Below are positions 37,884 through 49,263 of a DNA stretch of 64,000 nucleotides, in pieces. Below the pieces are notes generated by a model, which was not told where the DNA came from, did no database searches, and saw only the letters and a list, made by a program, of their open reading frames with translations. Origin of the DNA: Tubiluchus corallicola (taxonomy: Eukaryota; Animalia; Priapulida); NCBI GenBank assembly GCA_030141605.1, contig JAQGDQ010000471.1, forward strand, positions 62,001 to 126,000, given 5' to 3'. The number at the start of each line of letters is the position of its first letter. The stretch's first letter is position 1. The position numbers were made by a program, and so were the translations under genes.

Positions 37884-39934
37884 TATATATATATATATAT
37901 ATTAATTCTTTATTTGTCATAAAAATGGTTCACTCATTATAATAAAATTGAGTAAGCCTCAGCGTAATGTTAAAATAACCACACTGTTCAAGACAAATGC
38001 GTCCAGTGAATACTAACAAAGCTAAAGTGCAAAACTATATACAATAAATGAACATATTTACAAACATCATATTAAAATATTTTGACAAAACAATTTTACG
38101 AAAGTACATTAAATTTTACATGACGTATTTTACACTATATATACATTTGACATGACACAATTAACAGAAACATGCTTTACATTACATAAATTTCACTCAT
38201 TACATTTACACTATTTATACATTTGACATTACAAAACTAACATAACACGTATTACATTACATAAGTTGCGTTATATGGAGTCAGGGGCGGGGGTAGATGA
38301 AAGTGGAGTCTGTGTAATTAGTATCAGATGCACAATGTGGAAGTTGAAACCTGTTATATTGATATTCCTTTAATTTCTTTTTAAAGTGGTGGAGAGATTC
38401 TATTTGTTTTATTTCACTGGGTAGTAAGTTCCATAAATGTATGGCCTGTTTTGATATAGAGTTATTTCCAAATTTATTGTTTACTGTAATTTGCTTTAAA
38501 TTGTATGTTCTAGTGTTTAAAGTGGTATCAGGAATGAATGCTAAGGGATTGTTTATAAATGGATTGCTCAGTTTATTGATATATTTATAAAGAAATATCA
38601 GTGTTTTGTAATCTCGATAGGCTTCTAATATTGGTATCTTTGTGGACGTTCTTAAGCTTGTTGCAGAAGCAGCATGTTGTTTAGCAGTTTTGTTAGAGTA
38701 GCCATGAATTAACCTAAGCGCATAGTTTTGCATTGTATTTAGTTTTCTAAAGTTTTCATTTTTAACGTTTTGAAGTAAAGTGCAAGCATATAGATAATGT
38801 GGTAATATTAGACTTTTGTAGATGAGAATTTTTGTTTTCTTGGTTAGATGGCCTCTGATTTGGCGTAAGAATGTCGTGCTTAATGCCATCTTGTTGTGTA
38901 TTTGATGAAACTGTTCATCCCAAGTGAGTTTATTGTCGACAGTAATGTGTAAAATTTTTACAGTTTTTGCTTGTTCTATGGAACAGTCACCTACTTTTAG
39001 TGTTGCATTAGAAGAAGTAATGTCATTTGATTTGGGTGATATTACCATAAATTCTGTCTTATCATCATTCATTTTTAAACCAAAATAGTTAAATGCTGCA
39101 TTTATATTTGTTATGTCTTTTTCTAGATTATTTTTTGATGTTAGAAAGTCTGCGTGTGGTGTATAGATAGTTGTATCATCGGCACATTGTGTTAAGTCTG
39201 AATTATGTAAAACTAAATGAATTTTATTAACGTATAAACAAAAGAGTAAAGGACCTAAAGTCATACCTTGCGGGATGCCTCTCTGTGGTGTGTCCCATGT
39301 TGAAAAAGTGTGTTTGCTCAACTTGACTATTTGTTTTCTATTGTGTAGCTAATTATTAATTAGTTTGAGAGAAGTATAATCCAATCCTAGTTGGCGTAAG
39401 TTGTCTAGTAGTAAATTGTGATCGAGGCTGTCAAAAGCTTTACTTAGATCTAAAAATGCTGCTGTTGTATATTTACTTTTATTTAAGTTGTAACGCCACT
39501 TTTCAGTGGCGTCAATTATCGCGTCTGTTGTAGAATGTAGTTTTCTAAAACCAAATTGATGATTTGACAGTAAGTTATTATTTTCAATGTAATGGTTTAT
39601 TTGGTTGTAGATAACTCTTTCAAATAGTTTGGCTAGTACGTGCACTACTGAGATTGGTCTGTAGTTTTTAGCGTCATCTTTAGCATCTTTCTTGTGTATT
39701 GGAGTTATGTTTGCTTGTTTACACACTGCTGGAAATTCTGAGCGCATTAAGACTTGGTTTGTGATATATGTTAGATGAGGTGTAATGATGCTGGCACAGT
39801 CTTTTAAGATTTTTATTGGCATGTCTGAGGGTCCACTTCCTTTATTTATATTTAAACTGTTTAATATTCTAAAGATGTCATATTCTGTGACGCTAGTAAA
39901 TGAGAAAGTGGATTGTGCTACTGATTGGTTTTGT
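37884..39934 (-). mobile_element. 5'-truncated CR1/L2-group LINE with RT domain
   Basis: ORFs 39349-39942 and 38281-39321 share one frame, split by a single TAG; NYRPIS, QFGFR, FLDLSKAFD, GIPQGMTLGPLLF, CADD (YADD variant), LWNLLP; AATAAA then (TA)n tail; empty site present in unit A (ttcagaagcaag, ~29935); agaa at both junctions. Confidence 0.95.
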
Positions 39935-40559
39935 AGAAGCAAGAAATTGTAAAAAAGCTCGGACAGAGCCTGGATTTAAACTAGAAATTTTTCACTAACA
40001 AGTTCAACTTGTTATTAAGTCATTCGTTATCAGAAACAACAGCTTGCTTGTTCAAATCTAGTACCAGTTTTTTCTCTTTTTACATTTCCTTTTCTAACGT
40101 TTCCATGCAAAAAATCAACAATTGCGTGGACAATTCCACCACTGTGCAGTGCAGGAATTATGAAGAAATTTGTAATGATGGAACTATATATAAAGCATTT
40201 TATTTTAATGTATACCCTGCATTATTATTTGCCCAATATTTCTTTAAAACAGTAATAGTTTTAGCTGCTGTGTAACAGTTATTGTACCAGGCATTTATCT
40301 ATTTATCAGTTAAAAATGATACTCGTTTCATAAACAGTAGCAGCATGTCGTTTATTTACCAAAAATAAAAAAACACTCTCTACAATCTTGGTTTTCTTCT
40401 TCTCCAGAAAACACAATCAATATCTTCCTTCAGAGAATAATACCCACTTCATTGAACAGACATAATGGTCACTGTTTAAAGATTAACAAAATTTGGGGAC
40501 TGCTTGCTTCAAACAAACGAGATCACTTTGAACGAAGCCGCTCGTTTATGGAATCCATC

Positions 40560-40798
40560 ATGGAATTGGTTCAACTTTTAACATTCTTTGTTGCCTTGTT
40601 TTCGTTGCTTCTCAGTCATGTGATGACGCAAATTACGCATGTGATTCAGATACAGATATATGTTACAAACTCTACACGGACGATACGAAAACTTTGGACA
40701 GACCAGATACAAAATGTAAGAATGATAATGCAAAGTTGGTGAAGCTTATATCTCAGCAATAAGGACGCTTGATGAATTTCCAGCAGCAGCAGATACAG
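40560..40798 (+). pseudogene. Second C-type lectin exon-1 pseudogene
   Basis: Duplicate of 30588-30839 with the same frameshift, plus a deletion causing a stop (KLISQQ*) and donor GT>GC. Confidence 0.78.
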
Positions 40799-41179
40799 GC
40801 AAATAATCATTACGAACAGAAGTCAAGAGAAGTACAAAAAACATGGCACATGATTAGTTCAATATAAACACACAAATTTGTGCTAATAACTCAAACGTGC
40901 AAGTAAGTAAACTTGATTAGCACAGAAAAAATGCATAATCATGGCAAAAATATTTACATCTTACTCCATTTATCATATCGCATATTTTCAAGAAAATATA
41001 TTTATAAGTTTCTTAAATGTATTCACATTATCGGCTTGCTTTATTTTGCCGGATAAATTATTCCTTATTATAACACCATTATACATGACTGAAATTTCGC
41101 TACATTGGTTTTGTATTTAGGGATTTGGTCTACGAAATCCAATTTTTCACTTCTGGTTAGGCTTTGGACCACTTTTGGA

Positions 41180-41360
41180 GAATTTATTCTAGGTGCATGC
41201 TTGCCCCTCATTAAAACACAAGACTTAAACATTTCCACATAAAAGACTTAAAAATTTTCTACCACTCACATCCTAAGGGTTTGCGTCGGCAGTAACGCTG
41301 TATAAAACTTGCAAGTTTAAACTCCCACTATGACCGTTCGGTGCAGCCATTTTAATGCTG
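41180..41360 (+). repeat. ~180-bp dispersed repeat, second copy at ~51725-51910
   Basis: Shared tttgcgtcggcagtaacgct.tataaaacttg.aagtttaaact core and flanks. Confidence 0.75.
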
Positions 41361-42957
41361 TGTGTGCTAGATTCACTTCTGTTCCATGTTTGGATTGGAT
41401 TCCTGCCCATCCTTTATTACTACTCTCCTTTTTCCTGTTTGTTGGTGATCTTTCTACCACACGTGTTGAATGGTTACAGAATAATTTTCGCGCTCTTGGA
41501 AAAACATCGAATTGTGATTTTTCCTTGTTGCCCCCATTACGGGTTTCAGCTGTGTTTGAAGCTACAAGTTTCGTTGAAGCAAGTTTGAGGTCTTATGAAT
41601 CAGTTTGTTATTTTAATGCTGCCTCAGACAAAGTGGCTTTTGTTTGCTCATCATTATCAAATTTCTCTGAGAGGAGACCAGATGGTTCCCTAGTAGTTTT
41701 ACTAGCAGCCAAGAAACTTCGTCTTGTACGTCATCCGTCCAGGTAGATGATGATAGTTGCTAGTGGAGTTGCAAAAGTGCCGAATGTTCAGACTTACCAG
41801 TTTCCAGCAGAGTTTGGAAGCGTGAGGACAAAGAACTGCTCCGCCATTTGCTGACTCCTAGAGTACAGGAGTAAACATAGACGTTTTGGAGATACTCGAT
41901 CCTTGTTTTGGTAGAGTCTGCAATGCGTGAGCCCCAGCATAATGTTTTGGTGTGGTTTCATAGCTTGGGGGTGTGTTCCTGGATAACTGGACCCACGATA
42001 CCACGACCTGATAATAACCCATTGGTACAGTTGCAGTGACCATGAAATTCATCTTTGGTAATTATCCTCTCCTCTCTTACTATTACACCTAGGATGGGAT
42101 TAATTATATTTTCGTTATATGTATGCATGTAACTGATTTATAGAGACATTATTTTGAAATTACTATTAAATAATTTTTGCGCAGTTTTATAAAAAAACAT
42201 TATTGTTTGTTTTTACTCGAGTACCTCCTTGTTATTTTTAAGCACAAATGATAATGGCATAAAATAGCGTAGGTCTTAATCAAACTACTTGGACACTCGT
42301 TAAAAAATTCTGACAAAAACCCTTTGCCTTAAAAATTAGTAAGGAAGGGGTTTATAATCTTCCTTTTATTGTTTTTATCCACATGTTAGGAACTCTGGCG
42401 TGCTCGGAAAAGTAAAAGACAACACTTATTTCGCGTTTCTGGCAAAACTATTTATCCTTTTATATAATACACCATAGAGTGTCAAAAATGGTGCTCTTCA
42501 CAACGAATTTTTAAGCTTTAGATTTCTGGAGGGTTTCCTAGCACTTTAAAAGCTGATAGGGACCTGATTTGTTTAACCTGTAATGCTAGAGAATTTCAAA
42601 GTAGAATTGCTCACTTTATTATAGCGTTGGTTCCATATTGGGTATTTGCTCCTATTTGTTTTAGATTACTTGTTCTGGAATTGACTACAAAAAAGTAACT
42701 ATGAAATTGTACCGGAATGACCGCAATTAAACGACTGAAACAGGTTGTAACCTGTGAAAAATCTTAGACTTATTGTATTTAGCAATTATCGATTATGTTG
42801 ATTTATGATGAAGCATTTATTCAAACGTCACGGTCGACTGACTTTCGATAGGCTATTTACGTTTTTGCTTCCAAGTTTCTGAAATGGCTTGCAGTACATG
42901 TGTACTAGGAAACACACCAAAGTAGGGACAATGTATGAACACTGCGTGATTTTGATA

Positions 42958-45900
42958 TAGTTTCGATATATTATCGTAGGAAATTTATTACGACTCTTGA
43001 CGTGTATTTGTGTTCATTCTAGACGAGCGAAAGAAAAAAATGAATTTGAGTGAAAAGTTTCGTGTTGACAGAAAAGTGCAACGCAGGTTAGTTTCTCGTT
43101 ACAAATATTTAGTTTAGTTTAAACTTTAATTATTTGTAGCAGATTTATAAAACAGACTGCGTCTGATACAGGTATCTCTGTGGTGCAAATGCCGAGTGCA
43201 AACTGATAATAAAAGGAAAATGGACATCGCAATTAATAATTATCACAGTTAAAACGTTTGATTCGAGTACAATTGGCAAATATAAATATTTATTTATTTT
43301 ACATGCACTAAATATTAATTTAATACACTTTTATGGAGCATATAATAAGTCCGCTTCTCTTTTTAAAGAGCGATGATGATGGGACGACGCAGTGTGCCGT
43401 CAACAACAACAACAACAACAATGGCAACGGAGCCCTCATTGTCGCGTGGGTTCAAGTCGGCGATCTGGACACTTCCATTTTCGAGAATAATTGCAAATGC
43501 AATGTATGTATGTATGTTTCTCATTTGTCACTCGATTTAAAAATGTATTTTGTTTTTTACAACTTACAGGCAGCAGTGTGGTGGTGGTGGTGGACTGGTG
43601 GTGATAGCCGCGATGGCGGTGACGATAATAACGAAATTGACCGCGAGATGACGTCACCTCGCACAGACGAATTCGTACAGTGAGTGACCTTTTTATTTCT
43701 AATTACCACTTGCTGTTATCAGCCGCAGAATTTGTCACATTAATTTGTAATGAATAAATGTTCGCAGGCTTTTCGGCATATGCATAATTATAGAAATGGT
43801 GCATTCCATCGTTTTTGTCACTGTTGCACGCGCAATCTTTTATCGTACATTACAGTCTCTCGTTTTATCGTGTAATGGCTGCGTAATATCTGATTTAACG
43901 GTGATTTTTGTTAGAAATGGTGAATGTGAATTGTTTGTTTGTTTTTAAGGAAACCCTTAGTACCAGGCCAACCAACCATCAACGTTGAGGGATGCGACAA
44001 CAGCAGTAGCACCGACCCTAGCAGCAGCAGCACAAGCGGCAGCAAGCACGTCATTGCAAAACTCTCACAGTGATGGCAGAAGCAGCGATGGCGACAATAA
44101 TGGCGACTACAACTTTCCACTTCCAGGCGAAATGCGGGTCCACCTGAAACATTTTTAGATCCAGAGAGGTAGGTGTCATAACTTTCGTTAAATATTACGT
44201 AATCTACATAGTTCTTTTTTTGTAACTATCGTGGTTGATGACGATGATGATGGTGATGACGGTTATGACGACGATAATGTTGATGATGATCGTGTTTTGG
44301 GAAAAATTATTATTATTATTATTATCATTATTTTGTAAACATATGGAAAATCATAAATATTACGTAAACATACTGTATACTTTTCAATAATGCGTGTGTG
44401 TGTGTTTGTTACTCACAATCGCTAAAAATGGTCATTTTTTTCCTTTTCAATAGGACACGAATTTCGTCTAGTGGAGAGTGGTCATGGAAGAGTGTTGCAA
44501 GTCTGGAGGAGCCAGGTCTCAGGTATAGATGCCGAATTGGTTTTAGATGATTTTTCTGCTGCCATTGAAATGTGAGGCGATGCACGTTTTGAAACTGGTC
44601 GTGGCCTTAAAATTCTGGTCAACTTGGCTGCCACCATAAAACATCTGTTGGAGGATGGCAGACAGGACAAACATCTCGAGCGGAAAAGGGATTCGTACTT
44701 TAATTCTGGCTTTTACGATTTTCTGGATGGCAACTGGTATTACAAACCAGGAGTACCAATGTGGGAAATTTACAATCTTTCCACTACAACAAATATTTAA
44801 TAGTATGATGAACTTCGAACCTTGCTTAGTATGATGAACTTTGAACCTTGCTTTAATATAACGAATGTTTTAAGATGTATTGTACCATATATATACACCA
44901 AAGCAAGATCACCTATTAGAATGAATATTGTATTGTATTCTAAACCGTGTATTTTCAATGTTGTAACCGTATTTTAAAAGTCGATTGATTGAAAATATGT
45001 TCATCATAATGTTATTATATATAGATATAGACACCCTGAATTTCTATATTCGACTTATATTATATGTTGTTAAGCCCATGTATAGCAATTATAATCAACA
45101 AACATAATTGCTTCAGCGTGTATAATACCTTAACATATATATTCGTACGTATCATACCGTGTATATCGTATATTATATGTTGTAAAATATAAACCTTGAT
45201 ATAATCGAACATTGGCGCAGCGCGCCTATTTTCTTCATACTAAAAGTGCATTCGGTTGCCTAGAAATTTTGGAACTTATGTTATAGTTGTGAGTAATTTC
45301 AAATAATCAATGCCATGTATTTGATCACCGTGTTAGTTAACGGATGTTTATGATAAATATTTAATGTTGTCACGTAATACTTGATGTAGTTTAATCAGCC
45401 AGCCCCGAGAGAATAAATTCTTTATTAGGAAGAGAGGAGTAAAGAGAATCTATTAATATATGTTAAATGTCAGATAATTAAGCTACGAAGAGTATTCACG
45501 AAGCCAGACCCCAAATAAGGAAATTAAGGTGCGGCATCACGTGACTGCTCATTCGTCAGACTTCCAAATAAGGAATTTCCCATTTTGTCAGACTGCGCAC
45601 GCAGCCTGCCAAGCAGAGGCCCAGGGAGTCAAAGAGATCAGGGGGCTTTTGGCATTGCTATTTATCTTCTTATATTGTGATGTTACTTAATAAATGTGTT
45701 ATTTCCTAATCAAAGTCTTATAGCTTTGCCATTGCTCCATAAACAGCTACACACATCGCTCACATACGTACTACCACTATACAACCAAGCATAATAATTT
45801 TACTATTTGCAATTATTGTCGATAATGGAATTGTCCAGATTACCGACCTGTGCCCGCCCAATGATGAGGGTTCAGTTGTCATTATTGTTGCTGTTGCTGA

Positions 45901-46372
45901 TGATGACACACTGCGTCGTCCCATCATCAACGCTCTTTAAAAAGAGAAGCGGACTTAATATATGCTCCATAAAAGTGTATCAAATTCATATTTTGTGCAC
46001 GTAAATAAATAAATGAATAAATAGATATTTGTATTTGGCAATTGTACTTGAATCAAATGTTTTAACGACTGGAGTGTGATAATTCTTAGCTGCGATGCCA
46101 ATTTTTCTTTTATTAACAGTTTGCACTAGGCACTTGCACTGCGGAGATACCTGTGTCAGACACTGTCTGTTTGTAGTGAAAATCCACTACAAATAATTAA
46201 AGTTTAAACTAAACTAAATATTTGTAACGAGAAGCTAACCTGCTTTGCGCGTTTGTGTTAACACGAAATGTTTCACTCAAATCCATTTTCTTTTTTCTTT
46301 TGCTCCTCTAGAATAAACACAGATACTTGTCAAGAGTCGTAATAAATTTCCTTCGATAATATACCGAAACTT
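42958..46372. mobile_element. Segment bounded by ~550-bp diverged inverted repeats (42958-43498 / 45805-46372) enclosing degenerate exon-like pieces, one Polinton-polymerase-like
   Basis: Arms align as reverse complements with scattered mismatches and indels. 44454-44800 reads GHEFRLVESGHGRVLQVWRSQVSGIDAELVLDDFSAAIEM*GDARFETGRGLKILVNL...SYFNSG, similar by eye to the N-terminal region of Polinton polymerases. Confidence 0.55.
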
Positions 46373-48204
46373 TGCACATAAAACTGGAGTAAACAAATTT
46401 GGAAAAGAGACAAATTTACGAACAAGCTGCTTTAGGATGACAAAAGTGTACTCGCCTATTCGAATGATAAAAAACATGCAGTTGCGAGATACATTCCGCT
46501 TTCGTCAAACCACAATGCTAGCTTGCTTATTAACACGCACAAATTGGGTTCACTTTTTGCGAAAAAATCGGATGCGACTGCTCTCGACGGTAGATTGCTT
46601 ATTAATGTGAGCAGAGCGCATCTGAGCGTGAATAAGAAACCTACCAAACCAGGTGGGAACTTGCACTGGGGCTGCCAATCATGATAGCACGCCAAATTAC
46701 CTGATTGGAGGTGAGAAGTGTGTGGGCGTGGCAACTAACATGAAGGTTACATGAAAGTTGAATATTTTTCACACTTTCATTTAAAAAACCAATTAAAACT
46801 TTCCCACGCTTTCATTTTCATACAGAAATCATATTTTCACACGCTTTCATTTAAAAAAGCAATTAAAACTTTCCCACGTTTTTATTTCAATTTTCTCATT
46901 AGACAAGGGATTTGCAAGAAAGTAAAAAAAACTTAAGCGAAAGACAAATAAAGGTTAAAAGTTTCTCATAATTAATTTTATATGCCTTTATTTTAAAAAA
47001 TCCCCATGGCTGTGGTAGTTGCCATTGCTGATCGATTATAATTGATTAAATCAGGTTTTAATTCTTTAATCTGAAATTATATGTGTATTCATAAATGCAA
47101 GTTAGGATTCAGGGTGTTCTAAATTTAATAAGTACAATATAAATATATATGTATATGTCGTTCCATAATACCAGGAACTTTTCTTACCATATTCTCAATT
47201 GCAGCATTCACGATTCCACACAAACTAAGATGGTCGAGCCAGTCGAACCTAGTTTGTTGATATTTTTCATGTATTACATATGAGTTATCTGTTAAATGCA
47301 TTAACATTTGAAGCCTGTCGTAACAACATCGTAAATTTTGAAGCAGATGAGGTAAACTTATATCTTCTATTCCATTTATTTGAGTAAAATGATCACAAAA
47401 CCATTAATCTTGCATTTATAGTTTATCTAGGTCATTTTTAAAAGTTTTTTAAAACTCCTGGAAACAAATATTTGTATGAAGCAAAACGATAACAGCAGTC
47501 TACAATAATGTTATTATCGAAAATATGGCTTGTAGTTGTTTTCTACAACGATACTAGAAAATTTCCTGTACGCGCATTTACGTGAAGGAAAGTCGGGTAA
47601 CGACACCACGTGAGAACGGCATGTGACAACTAATCGAAAACCGAGTGACCCGTGCAACCTCCTAGCTTCTTTTGAAATCAATTAGACTGCAGTATTATGC
47701 AGCACACCTGATTACACATAGGAAAATTTACGAGTGCCACCATTATAGTAAGCAGATATTTACCCTGTGCTGCTGGTGCACATTTACGTGAATGAAAGTC
47801 ACGTGACACCGTCACATGTTATTAACGGAACGCAACCCGACAGTAGCGAAATTTATGTGTGTGATGATAACAGGAATCTGCTCTTGTAAACAAACAACGA
47901 ATTAGGAATACAAAATTATCGATAGAGCTAGAGCATTAATAGCGCATTTCACAAATATCAATGATTTAGTTTCTAAACCCACTTGAGGTGCTACTTGCCG
48001 ATGTGAGACTGTACACAACACGCGATTGGTTGTCTGATAGAAAGCGACCAACCAGTGAAGGCTGCTCTGTATCCCAGTTCCTGATTGGCTCATGTACCGT
48101 GGAATTTGTTTTCTTGTACACTATTTGTGGAATTTTTGCTAGAGACTGAATTTATTCAAGCCCTATGATGCCACCCAAACGTGTAAGTATTAAATAAGTA
48201 TAGC

Positions 48205-48323
48205 GTCCCTACTTCACGGAAATTCATTTATCGCAGGTGAACCTGGAACGGAACACCCGCGATAAGTGAGAGAACACTGTACACACACACACACGCACGC
48301 ACGCACGCACGAACGCACGCACG

Positions 48324-48365
<42 letters not shown>

Positions 48366-48597
48366 GGGAAGGGAATATATATATAGGGATAAAAGACGAT
48401 GTATATTGTAGCTTTGGTGCACTGTTCCAAAGTGTAGAACGTTTATTACTAGAACGCCAATTAGTAGATCCAGTGAAAAGCGTGGAATTTTGTAACACTT
48501 CCCTACTTCACGGAAATTCACTTATCGCAGGTGAACCTGGAACGGAACACCCGCAATAAGTGAGAGAACACTGTACACACACACACACACACACACA

Positions 48598-48673
<76 letters not shown>

Positions 48674-48810
48674 GGGAAGGGAATATATATATATATAGGG
48701 ATAAAAGACGATGTATATTGTAGCTTTGGTGCACTGTTCCAAAGTGTAGAACGTTTATTACTAGAACGCCAATTAGTAGATCCAGTGAAAAGCGTGGAAT
48801 TTTGTAACAC
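48205..48810. repeat. Tandem duplication of a ~294-bp unit containing (CA)n/(CGCA)n
   Basis: Two near-identical copies; duplicated ORFs 48214-48498 and 48508-48810. Confidence 0.92.
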
Positions 48811-49263
48811 TTCACTGGGGCAGAAATTGCAGGATGACCGTAATGTATTAAAAACTTTTGCAAATATGATAAAGGGATGAGTTCATTATTAAAACAATGT
48901 GTGATAACTGATGTTAAAAACATGAGATGATTTAGTACAGATTATAATGACATTATAATAATTTTAGAGTAAAACAGCTTGTTAAATAATTATGTGCATA
49001 AGTAATACCTATAAAAACTTATATATAAACGATAAACTTAAGTGATTGAAAAAATTGTTAATTAAAGGTACATTCCTTAACCTTCAAATTTGAATGTATT
49101 ATGTGTTCGCCATGAATTCTATGTATGTAATAACAAAATATTTATAACTACGTGGACAAATTTTGAGGCAAATAGAGGCATGTACATTTGTAATCAATAT
49201 GGTTTACATTTATATATATGTAAGGAATTATAATAATAATAAAATAAATTTTGACTTGAGTTT

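Noticed and set aside
41360-42060. Minus-strand coding-like stretch
   Set aside because: Multiple stops and no recognisable motif.
45460-45790. Possible short solo LTR truncating the right inverted arm
   Set aside because: TG..CA ends and AATAAA are present but no TSD could be fixed.
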